Positions 10,507 through 20,600 of a stretch of 64,000 bases of DNA are shown piece by piece. Origin of the DNA: a virus; IMG/VR virus record IMGVR_UViG_3300027763_000026. The stretch is one strand, 5' to 3'. The stretch's first letter is position 1; every line of letters begins with the position of its first letter. The position numbers were made by a program, and so were the translations under genes. Under the pieces are notes generated by a model, which was given only the letters and a program-made list of their open reading frames with translations, was not told the DNA's origin and did not search any database.

Positions 10507-12648
10507 TCATGTGATATTAAATCTATAAGCTTGAGAGGCGTAAATTGGCTGGTTTTTAATAGGCTTTTGCTCGTAATCTTGTATGGTGTTATTGTTGCAA
10601 GACAATAATACGTAATCATCGAATTGTCTTTGCAAAATTCCATTAAGCCACATCATATCTGATCCATAATTAGGCTTTAAATCAAAAAACCCAGTATTTG
10701 ATCCAGTTGTATATTTTATAGCGTTATCTTCTGATATATACATTTCGCCACTAGTTAATATAGTGTCATTATTTAATCTGATAAAATATCTTAAATATTC
10801 GATTGTCGAGTCAATCGTATCATTTGTAGAACAACTTATATCTTCTCCAATATAGCTTATATTGCCGTCATTGAATAATAAATCTATGAAAGGAATTATA
10901 TTATAATTATAATTATTAATTAGCTTTTGGCCGTTCAGGAAAACGTTAACACCAACGGAGTGAATAGTAGTTCCAGCAATATGATTTTGACCAGAATAAT
11001 CGAATATCTTATCGAAAGTGTTTAATGGAAACTGCTTATAAGACACATGGTCTTTGTCATCTTTTTTGTAAGGATCAATAATTAATTTTTTGATATTGCT
11101 TATCTGATAATACCCAGACATGATGTCTATACCATTAAAAAAGATATGATTTTTATTACTATTTAAAGAGTTTTCAGAAGTATAGACATCTCCCCCCAAA
11201 CTATAGGTTGTATTTCTTAAATTATCAAAAAGTTCGTAGCTCTGGACCTCTATAAAATCTTTATTGTCTATAGGTTTATAGATGATGAGATAATTTTTAG
11301 TAAAAGAATTAGCGTTACCAGAATCATAATCTTCTATAGTAATTCCAGATTGAGCATAAGAGCTTGAGGCAGATTGAACTAATTGATATTTAATAATTTC
11401 GCCAGTTAAAAGCCCCGTGAGCCCAGATTTAATATAAAAAACACAGTCATCAGTGCAGGCAGACACTTGTTCTGTTTGGACGAGTTCATATCCAGTTATT
11501 CCTGAGCCGATATAGCCAGTGCTTAAATATCCGCTAGATAAAAGATTATAGTTTGTTTCTATTGTACTTTCTACAGAGATATGCTCCCCAGTTTTAATAA
11601 AAAGTTTAGATAAAGAAAGTTGAGTATCTTGATTTAAAAATCCAGTAAATAATAAAACGTTGCTCAATAAACCTCTATAGCCTGTATAATATATGCCATT
11701 ATATTCGTTTGCGTTATTTCCAATATATATATCTTTTTCTTGATTTAAAAAATTAAAAGTCGTATTTATTGATTCGCAATGATTTCTATTTGCCAAAAAG
11801 TCATGATAACAAACCGAGATGTCATCTTTAGAACCGTTCAGAGATATAATGTTTTGATTAGATAATTCACCAGTACAAATTTTATTAAATATAATAGATT
11901 CACCGCTATGTGATCCAGAAAATTCAAACATAAGTTTATGATTATTACTAATAGCAACTTTTAAATCAAATGGTTGGCTTGAATTATTTTTTGATCTTAC
12001 GTTTATCAATGACTGAGCTTTGCCCAATAAAAATTCAGATGGAAATGATATAGTTTTTTCAATAGAGGCAAGCTTTTTTGGTAATTTGCTTGCAATTCCT
12101 TCTGTTATTAATGTGTTTACTGCACCGAGAGAAGTTCCTGAAGAATAATACCAATCACCATAATCTCCAAATTGGCCGTTTCTATTAAAAATTATAGAGT
12201 TTGTTAATCTTCTAAATCTAATTCCATCAGGATAGGGTGTTCTTAAATAAAATTCATTATCTAAAAAAATGCCGCTAGGTCTATTCAAATTTTCAATATC
12301 AACGTCTATATAATCTGGATTACATCCGTAGCTTTTCATATTCAACATTAAATTAAAATTTTCAGAAGATAAGCTTTTAGAAACTTTTAAAGTGTCATTT
12401 CCTTCAAAATAAGCCATACCAGTGGATCGATAGTTTTTGTCATAACAATTTGTAAAAAATCCTGGACGATAATCTTGTATGAGATATTTTTCTCCAGCAT
12501 CTTCTCCATATTGATCTGCTTCAAGATTTATTAAATTCTTAACAAAACGCCCAGATACATTTTCATTTTTAAAGTTATAAAATATACAATTTATATTTTT
12601 ATCAATATTATAGTGATCTAAAAATTTATTTAAAAAATTTATTTTCAT
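10507..12648 (-). CDS. 713-aa putative tail-tip structural protein with degenerate LamG-like domain
   Basis: Long ORF in tail-tip cluster; IYIGN...GLLSNVLLFTGFLNQ resembles a LamG C-terminal motif; repeated VFLNGQKL-type segments. Confidence 0.4.
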   Translation of the reverse strand: MKINFLNKFLDHYNIDKNINCIFYNFKNENVSGRFVKNLINLEADQYGEDAGEKYLIQDYRPGFFTNCYDKNYRSTGMAYFEGNDTLKVSKSLSSENFNLMLNMKSYGCNPDYIDVDIENLNRPSGIFLDNEFYLRTPYPDGIRFRRLTNSIIFNRNGQFGDYGDWYYSSGTSLGAVNTLITEGIASKLPKKLASIEKTISFPSEFLLGKAQSLINVRSKNNSSQPFDLKVAISNNHKLMFEFSGSHSGESIIFNKICTGELSNQNIISLNGSKDDISVCYHDFLANRNHCESINTTFNFLNQEKDIYIGNNANEYNGIYYTGYRGLLSNVLLFTGFLNQDTQLSLSKLFIKTGEHISVESTIETNYNLLSSGYLSTGYIGSGITGYELVQTEQVSACTDDCVFYIKSGLTGLLTGEIIKYQLVQSASSSYAQSGITIEDYDSGNANSFTKNYLIIYKPIDNKDFIEVQSYELFDNLRNTTYSLGGDVYTSENSLNSNKNHIFFNGIDIMSGYYQISNIKKLIIDPYKKDDKDHVSYKQFPLNTFDKIFDYSGQNHIAGTTIHSVGVNVFLNGQKLINNYNYNIIPFIDLLFNDGNISYIGEDISCSTNDTIDSTIEYLRYFIRLNNDTILTSGEMYISEDNAIKYTTGSNTGFFDLKPNYGSDMMWLNGILQRQFDDYVLLSCNNNTIQDYEQKPIKNQPIYASQAYRFNIT

Positions 12649-12650
12649 TT

Positions 12651-15600
12651 TTATATTGTCTTTGGAAATTCTGCGTCGGGTTGAGTAGATATAATTTCTG
12701 TTGAAATTTTCATATTCCGTGTTCTTGATTCAAGATCATATTTAATATTTTTTACTTCTTCTTTTACGCCAGATTGAATTCCAGTAGGCATGATTTCTGA
12801 CCCAATATAAATCATTTTTTCTGAAGGCACAGACTTAGAAACTTTTGCATTTACATTAAAATTAGATCTTAAAGGCGTGTGGATATCAAAGTCTTGGAAT
12901 ATATAATTATTCCTTAGTAGCGTAGGGCTAGTGCTAAAATACCAAATAGGCAACTCTTTACTTACAGAATAATCTATTTCTGCAGAGTAAACGCCAGACC
13001 AGATTTGCTCTGAAATACCGCTAACGCCCGTTTTCCAAATTCCAGTCGGAACTTCTTTATCATCAAAATTTGCAGAAATAGATATCTTACCTTGGGTTGG
13101 ACTTTCTATTCTGTTTGATCTAATTTTTCTAATACGATAATTAATACCAGAAAAACCAGAATTAAATCCTAAAAAATTAATATATGCATTCTCAGCAACC
13201 CCGCTCATACCATATTCAGCAAGATTTGCATTTTGATTAACTAAATTATATCTATTAGATAGAGTACCTCCGCGGGCGATAATATCCACATTTACATTTA
13301 TAGAAACAATTTGAGAGATTTCATCCCTAGAGACGTTAGTCAGATAATTAAAATAAGGATTTGGTAAATTTAAATTATCATATTCATATGAAAAATCAAT
13401 TGTATTAGCCCCAGAGTTTTCATTAATTGATTTAGACAACACGATTGGACTTATGTAATCGGTATAAAATGATTGTACGTCTGCCACGACTCTACTATAC
13501 ATACCGTTCTCAATTGAATTAAAATTACTTTTCAGATTAGCAAAATTCTTATTTATCGCTGAATCACTATAAGACCCCTTAACCGTAAAAGAAACGGTTT
13601 CTTGCTCTGCGCCAGAGTTATAATCAATAGTGTATCTTAATATACCATTTTGTGTAGATCCATCAGCTAAATCTTTTGTATAGGTTTCTTGCACGGAATA
13701 GATAGAATCGATCCGATTAATTGACTCTTTTTGTTCTAATAATATATAATTACTATTATTATTTATTTGAATATTAAAACTTGGAACCCAATTTGATGTA
13801 GGGATCTCGTTTGGGTTAGCGCTTGGATTTTCTGAGATCGTTTCATTTCCATCATCATAAAAAGTCCAATATAGTTCAGAAAAATTACTAGGAGCCTCTA
13901 TAATATAATTACTATTTGATTCATTTATCCAAAGAGTTCTTTCCCCAAATGAAGCTTTATTATAAATTCCATCATAATTATCAGTATCTGATACGGTTAT
14001 TGATTCTGGACTGCCAATATTTTTTTCTATATAAAGATTAGGAACCCCATTCAATCCAGTGAATTGATTAACAAAACTTATAGCATTATCTAAAGAGTTT
14101 GAATAATTGGTAGATGAAGTATTAATTCCCTGAGCGGAAACATTATGATTTAAAGTTAATGTATTATTTTGTTTATTGATGACGAACTGATTAACAGGAT
14201 TTTGTATGTTATAATTAAAATCTTTAGCGGTCAAATCTATTTCGTAATTTAAAATACCATTATAAACTCCTTCACTAAAATTTATAGAATTAACTAATAC
14301 TCCGCTTTTTTTATAAAGTATATTTTCATAAACTGGCTGTATATTTACTGGATTACAATTTAACCCACCAAAACATTGACTCCAAGAAGCTTTCCAAGGA
14401 TATATAGATTGAGAGCCTAAACCAAAAGCGCATGAATATTGACCTAATTCGGTCGCTCCATAATACCAATTATTACCGCTATTTTTAATATAAATATTTC
14501 CACAATTTCTTGAAATATCAAAAATATAAGCAGAACCTGCATCGCTTAATCCGTTTGGATCTTCGGTATATGCCCCTATTAGAGCGACATTTCCAGCAGA
14601 ATTAAGAGATACGCTATATCCAAAAAGATCAAATGCTCCTGCATCATTTCCTGTAATCTTAGCAGTCTGTACCCAAGAGTTTCCACTGCCAGTAAAGAGG
14701 TATACACAACCTGCGTTAGTTACTCCGTTTGGATCTTTATTTATGGCTCCAACCAGCGCAACATTTCCAAGAGAGTTAAGAGATACCCTGGTTGCAAAAA
14801 AATCATTAGCTGCTGCATCATTTCCTGTAATCTTAGCAGTCTGTACCCAAGAGTTTCCGCTACCAGTAAAAATGTAAGCTGAACCAGCAGCATTTATTCC
14901 ATTTGGATCTGCATTATACGCTCCAATTAATGCAACATTTCCAAGAGAGTTAATTGATACGCTCGTTCCAAAATTATCACTAATTTGCGCATCGTTGCCT
15001 GTAATCTTAGCAGTCTGTACCCAAGAGTTTCCACTGCCAGTAAAGATGTAAGCTGATCCAGCGGAAGTTACTCCATTTGGGTCTTCGCCATATGCTCCTA
15101 CTAACGCAACATTTCCAGCAGAATTAAGAGCCACACTGATTCCAAAAAAATCACCAGCCTGTGCATCGTTCCCTGTTATCTTGGCAGTTTGAATCCAAGA
15201 ATTTCCGCTACCAGTAAAGATGTAAGCTGAACCTGCGTTACCTAATCCGTTTGGGTCTTCAAGAATCGCTCCAATAAGCGCAATATTCCCAGCAGAATTA
15301 AGATGTACGCTATTACCAAAACTGTCACCAGCTTGTGCATCATTTCCTGTAATCTTCGCGACTTGAATCCAAGAGTTTCCACTCCCTGTAAAGATGTAAG
15401 CTGAACCTGCGTTAACTATTCCGTTTGGGTCTTCATTAAGGGCCCCAATAAGCGCAATATTCCCAGCAGAGTTCAAGGACACATTCCATCCAAAATTATC
15501 ACTAATTTGCGCATCGTTGCCTGTAATCTTAGCAGTCTGTACCCAAGAGTTTCCGCTACCAGTAAAAATGTAAGCTGAACCAGCATTACTTACTCCGTTT

Positions 15601-16055
15601 GGGTCCTCCTGATGTGCTCCTATTAGAGCAACATTTCCAATGGAGTTAAGAGATACGCTAAATCCAAAATTATTATTAGCTCCTGCGTCGTTTCCTGTAA
15701 TTTTTATATTTTGATTAATTTTTAGGCATATCTCTTTGTCGATTTTCTCATTTGATTGATAGTAAAAATCATTTATTTTTGAAAGAAATATATTTGCATC
15801 GCATTCAGATTGTAAATTAATTCCGCTAATACCCTCTAATATTTCAAAAGTTTTAAAGTCTTGATTAAAATTATTTATAAGCCCCTGTTGGTATCCAGTA
15901 AGATCAGAATATTTACCAGTGAGTTGGCCAATTAGTTTAATTTTATCTACATTACCTAATTTTTGACCATTAAAAACATGACTTCTTTCTAGTGTCACAA
16001 ACGGAGTTGGTGAGCCTATTTCTATGCCATTATATTTTATAATATTAACGCTCAT
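12651..16055 (-). CDS. 1134-aa putative distal-tail/baseplate protein with an inserted 7-blade FG-GAP propeller
   Basis: Second gene after tape measure; seven 58-aa FG-GAP repeats interrupt an otherwise non-repetitive scaffold. Confidence 0.6.
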   Translation of the reverse strand: MSVNIIKYNGIEIGSPTPFVTLERSHVFNGQKLGNVDKIKLIGQLTGKYSDLTGYQQGLINNFNQDFKTFEILEGISGINLQSECDANIFLSKINDFYYQSNEKIDKEICLKINQNIKITGNDAGANNNFGFSVSLNSIGNVALIGAHQEDPNGVSNAGSAYIFTGSGNSWVQTAKITGNDAQISDNFGWNVSLNSAGNIALIGALNEDPNGIVNAGSAYIFTGSGNSWIQVAKITGNDAQAGDSFGNSVHLNSAGNIALIGAILEDPNGLGNAGSAYIFTGSGNSWIQTAKITGNDAQAGDFFGISVALNSAGNVALVGAYGEDPNGVTSAGSAYIFTGSGNSWVQTAKITGNDAQISDNFGTSVSINSLGNVALIGAYNADPNGINAAGSAYIFTGSGNSWVQTAKITGNDAAANDFFATRVSLNSLGNVALVGAINKDPNGVTNAGCVYLFTGSGNSWVQTAKITGNDAGAFDLFGYSVSLNSAGNVALIGAYTEDPNGLSDAGSAYIFDISRNCGNIYIKNSGNNWYYGATELGQYSCAFGLGSQSIYPWKASWSQCFGGLNCNPVNIQPVYENILYKKSGVLVNSINFSEGVYNGILNYEIDLTAKDFNYNIQNPVNQFVINKQNNTLTLNHNVSAQGINTSSTNYSNSLDNAISFVNQFTGLNGVPNLYIEKNIGSPESITVSDTDNYDGIYNKASFGERTLWINESNSNYIIEAPSNFSELYWTFYDDGNETISENPSANPNEIPTSNWVPSFNIQINNNSNYILLEQKESINRIDSIYSVQETYTKDLADGSTQNGILRYTIDYNSGAEQETVSFTVKGSYSDSAINKNFANLKSNFNSIENGMYSRVVADVQSFYTDYISPIVLSKSINENSGANTIDFSYEYDNLNLPNPYFNYLTNVSRDEISQIVSINVNVDIIARGGTLSNRYNLVNQNANLAEYGMSGVAENAYINFLGFNSGFSGINYRIRKIRSNRIESPTQGKISISANFDDKEVPTGIWKTGVSGISEQIWSGVYSAEIDYSVSKELPIWYFSTSPTLLRNNYIFQDFDIHTPLRSNFNVNAKVSKSVPSEKMIYIGSEIMPTGIQSGVKEEVKNIKYDLESRTRNMKISTEIISTQPDAEFPKTI
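14520..15705 (-). repeat. Seven 174-nt FG-GAP repeat units
   Basis: KITGND...FG.SVSLNS.GN.ALIGA...DPNG..AGSAYIFTGSGNSW recurs with 174-nt spacing. Confidence 0.95.
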
Positions 16056-17695
16056 TTTGGTTTTACCGAAAGTATATTTAAATCTAATCCATAGCTTAAA
16101 TTAGAATCATAAGTTAAAGAAGCGCTGCTAATTATATAATCTTCTCCAATCCCTTCTACTTTACTTAAGGCTCTATTTTTTAATTGAGGCAAATATCCAT
16201 CTATAAATTTATTGTTCCAAATATTAGTGCCACGCCCAGTGGGTCTTAATAAACTGCCCCTTATAGAAACTGAATCTGTAGCTAATTGAGATTGTTCAAC
16301 ACCAGACCCTAAGCTGAAATAAAAATTTTTATCATCCTTATTTGGGAGTATATATTCTTTAGTCATTAATGATAAATTATCATCTCTCTGCGTGAATTCA
16401 ATTGTTTTAAGCTTCTGGTCATTTTTTAAAATAGAAGGATCAGAGGTTTTTTTTATATTATATTTAAAATTTTTACCTAAAGATAGTTCGCTGGCGCCGT
16501 CAGAAAGATAGTTGAAATCTATTGAAGAGTTGATTAAATTATAGTCTGGATACAGCTCTAATTGCTCATTATAAATTTTTCTAAAATTTGCAAAACCAGA
16601 AGAGGTTCCAGTATAAATTTGCCCTATGGATTCACTAGTGAGCCTAATTGATCCATTTATATCATAAGTAAAAATATTATCGCTTCCACTGTCTAATTGA
16701 GATTCATAAGAATGGACTAATCCTCCGCTTTGATAATTTAAATTGTCAGTATAAGTGACATTATAGCTAGCAAAATTATTAAATTTTTCAAATGCAACCC
16801 CTAAAACAGTTGGAGTTTTTTTTAAAATAGTGCCTCGGGCAATACTATTACATCTATTATATGAGCCAGAAATTTCATCATTTAAATAGTTTTGAACCGT
16901 AAAATTATTAACGCTCTCTAGACCTTTGATTCTACCATTCTCGGTGACGGTCGTAATGCCATTGTCATCTAATATATAAGAATTTTTTAGCTCTAATGAA
17001 TATTCGTTTTTGTAATTTTCATCAATTTCTATAGACTTTTGGAACGATACAGATTGATTAATTAAATCGTAATTTTCTTGAATAACATTTTGCTTAAATA
17101 GTAAATTGTTATAAAATCCAGAATATTTACCAAATAAGCCTAAATAAACTTCAGAATCATTGAATATTTCGGAGGCCAAGTCTTTGGATTTAGAAATTAT
17201 ATCGGAATCGTCATTATAATATTGGATAGTAATATTATGGTCATATGAATACTTTCCATTTTGAAGATAATTAAAATTTAAATCTTCTGAAATATTTAAA
17301 AGCTTATCGTCGATTAAGCGAAGTCTAGATCCATATTTTCTATCAGAAGGTAAAGCTTTAAAATTCCCCGTGTCTACTATCTCGATAGTATAAATATAAT
17401 TTTCAACAAATATAGGGTTTTGTGTTGGAAAAGAAATATTGACTATTCTGCCAAGGCCTAAATGATAATTATTTATTATAATTTCTTCGTATTGGCCAGT
17501 ATTATTATTTAATATATTTAAAATACCGCTATAGGTTTCTTTAACCCCTTTACCGTCTGAGTTTGTATACCTATTATAAAGAACTCCATTTAATTTTAAA
17601 TTCTTTGTAGCGTTTATTAATAAATTTTCGCCACGAGAATAATTTTTATTTAAATCGTAGGTTAATAAAGTCGCATTTTCAAATATATAGCTCAT
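16052..17695 (-). CDS. 547-aa putative distal tail (Dit-like) protein
   Basis: Immediately after tape measure; beta-rich composition; ATGA overlap with the next gene. Confidence 0.45.
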   Translation of the reverse strand: MSYIFENATLLTYDLNKNYSRGENLLINATKNLKLNGVLYNRYTNSDGKGVKETYSGILNILNNNTGQYEEIIINNYHLGLGRIVNISFPTQNPIFVENYIYTIEIVDTGNFKALPSDRKYGSRLRLIDDKLLNISEDLNFNYLQNGKYSYDHNITIQYYNDDSDIISKSKDLASEIFNDSEVYLGLFGKYSGFYNNLLFKQNVIQENYDLINQSVSFQKSIEIDENYKNEYSLELKNSYILDDNGITTVTENGRIKGLESVNNFTVQNYLNDEISGSYNRCNSIARGTILKKTPTVLGVAFEKFNNFASYNVTYTDNLNYQSGGLVHSYESQLDSGSDNIFTYDINGSIRLTSESIGQIYTGTSSGFANFRKIYNEQLELYPDYNLINSSIDFNYLSDGASELSLGKNFKYNIKKTSDPSILKNDQKLKTIEFTQRDDNLSLMTKEYILPNKDDKNFYFSLGSGVEQSQLATDSVSIRGSLLRPTGRGTNIWNNKFIDGYLPQLKNRALSKVEGIGEDYIISSASLTYDSNLSYGLDLNILSVKPK

Positions 17696-17698
17696 ATG

Positions 17699-20600
17699 TT
17701 ATTTCTTAGTTGGCGGTAGTCTTTGACCTCCTACGCTAACTATTCTTTCATTGAAGCTATTTGTTAGATTTTTTATTTGATTTTCTAAATCTGTTCTTAA
17801 TGTAGTTAATGCCCCTTCGATTTGAGTTGTTATATCTCCTTTAATATTTTCTATAGAATCAGTATTTATAGTAAATTCAATTCCGCCTTTTGGTTGTTTA
17901 ATATCTACCCCAATATTACCTTTAAGAGATAAATCGGTATTTTTAATTTCTATTTGAGATATCCCTGCGGTTAAATTATTCACAGCTTGAGATGTGCTTT
18001 TTAAGTTTGCGCCTGGTTGATTTGGCGCGCCAGAAGTTTGATTTGGTTTCGCAAATGTATCTGTAAAAGTTTTTAAATTGGTACTAATTGAGGCTACGTT
18101 TTTATCGATGCCTAACATTGCCCTCTGGCTTTGGATAGCCTCTTCTACTTGAGTTCTGGCGATTTCTGTTGATCTTCCTCCAATTTTTGTATATTCTCCA
18201 GCTAAACCAAATTCGCCTTTAGATCTTAAAAGTTTAGATATCGCTGAGGTTTGAAATTCTATGTCTTTGGCTCTTCCAGAAATAGCTCTTTCTTTTAAAC
18301 TTCCTAAATTCATCCCTTCTAAACTTCCACCAAACATTTTTACTGTATCTAATAATGTACCCGCAGAGGCTCTACCTCCTACAGGAGTTCCTAAGCCTTG
18401 TATATTGGTAACTAAAGAATCTATAGTACTATTAGATTGAGGATTTACATAAGATTCCAAACCACCAAAAGATTTGACATCTCTCTGTTTTTGTATGGTT
18501 GCGGCTTGAATTTGATTATTAATTTTAGTTAATTCTGTTTGTTTTATTTGTTGAGCATTTAAATCTAGCAGTGCTCTTTGATTATCACTTAGAATATTAT
18601 TAGTTTGAGTTTGAAGGTCTATGGCTTTGTTTCCATAATCAGTTCCTCCAAAAAATTCATTAAATGAATTTATAATTTCTTGGTTAATGTCCTCTGCAGA
18701 TTTGCCACTTGTTGCTAATTGTCCTAAAACTCCTTGAAAAGTATTTAATTTTTCTACATCGACTTTTGGAGTTTGTCCTGCTACGTTTTCTTTTTTAAGC
18801 TCTAGAAATGTTTTGTAGCCTTCTTGCAAAACGTCTGAACGGCCTTTTGCCTCTTGATCTTTATATTTTTTAACAAAGTCTAATTGCTGTTTAGCAGTTT
18901 CGATTAAATTCTGATATTCTCTAGAGGTTTGTGGACCCATAGAACTACGATTATATTCTAACATTCCACTGGCTCTTTGGAGTTGGACATCTTGAGTATC
19001 AAAAGCTAATTTGTCTTTGTACTCTTGTTGGACATCCCCAATTTGTATTAATCTTTGATAAAAATTATCTAAAGCGTCTTGGTTAGATTTCTCTAAATCA
19101 ATTGATCTTTGCTTTGCTGCATTATTTTTATTTATTATCTCTGCTTCTTTATTTCTTTGTTCTGATAATTTTTTAGCTTCTTCTCCTCCGATTACTTCCT
19201 CTAATAATTTAGTTAAAATATTTTGAACTAATGTTTGGGCTGCCATTTTACCTTCTCCTCCTCTACCGCCTTGTTGATCTAATCTACCGATAGATTCAAT
19301 TGCATCCTTTCTCAAGCCCAATTCTTCTAATTTTTTAGGATCAGACGTTGCGCTACCAGCAGTTTTAAATATATCTAATTCTCCACTAGCTAACATTCGT
19401 TTTAAATTCTCTCTAGCTTGATTATTTTCAAATCCTTTTGAAGAAATGTTGCCCGCAGCTTTTTCCATTTCTGATCCAGTTAATCCATATCCAATTGATT
19501 CTCTTTGATTTAATAATGGTTTAAAAGAAAGAGCTTCTATATACTGCGCAAACTTAGTACCAGTTCTTTTATTCAATACTTCTTCAAATCCAGATGCACC
19601 TTTATAATATGATTCTTCATTTGCTAGCTCAGATTGTACTTTAGACATTTGATCCAGTAGATCTGTATAATTAGTAATTGAAACAAGCTGCTTTCTATAA
19701 GCGTCTGGAATTTGTCCTGCGGCTTTTACTAAATCTTCATTTAATTTTCCTATTGTTTGTGATGATGTTTTTGGATCTTTTTGTGCGTCTTGTAATTTTT
19801 GTAAAACATCTGCATATTTTTGAGAGCCATTAGAAAAATCAGTTAATGTTTGGCTTGATTGTTCAGCCTTATCTGCTAATTTTGTAGACTTTTCTTTTAA
19901 TAAATTAGCTATTGTTCCAAAAGTTCCAGTGAAAGCAAGAAGGGCAGCGCCAGCAACTCCAAATTTCCCAGGAATTATTTGAGCTGCAGTACCAGCTAAA
20001 CTTAAAGTAGAACTAAATCCTTCTACTGCTTGGGATAATTTTGGGGAGCCTTTAGTTGCCTCTTGTAATAACCCACTAGCTAAAGAAAGTCCAATAGAAG
20101 CTTGTATTAAATTGCCTTTATATTTTTGAATTGATTCTGGAAGGGCGCGATCATCAAAATATACTTTAACTTTAGAAACAGAAGCGCCCAGTCCTTTCAT
20201 TTTTTCTTTTAAAGACTTAGCTTCTTCAAATGACACATATTTTATTGCCGTTGGCGCGTCTGCGGTTGCTAATGCAAAATTTGGTACATAACCTCCATAT
20301 GCTCCAGCTTTCTTTGCTGCAGATTTAGATCTATATCTATCGACCCCTTGACTTAATCCTCTCGGTTCATCTTTTGTATTGTAAACTCCAAGGCCTAATG
20401 GATTATTATTTGAGGATAAAGATGATGAAGCTCCAACCCTAATTGAGGACGCTGGCACGCCAGCTGAAATTTCTCTTCCAATCGCTTCTTTTAATCCAGC
20501 AAAATTAGGAATAAATCCTCCGCTGGCTAGATCTTCTTGTGCAAAAGGTATTGGTTTTGATGATCCAGCAGATTTAATAACTCCAAAAGGTAAATTAACA

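Noticed and set aside
1-16055. Eukaryotic or giant-virus origin suggested by collagen, FG-GAP and P-domain
   Set aside because: Portal, capsid, tape measure, holin/endolysin, Shine-Dalgarno sites, ATGA overlaps and intrinsic terminators indicate a bacteriophage; these domains also occur in bacteria.
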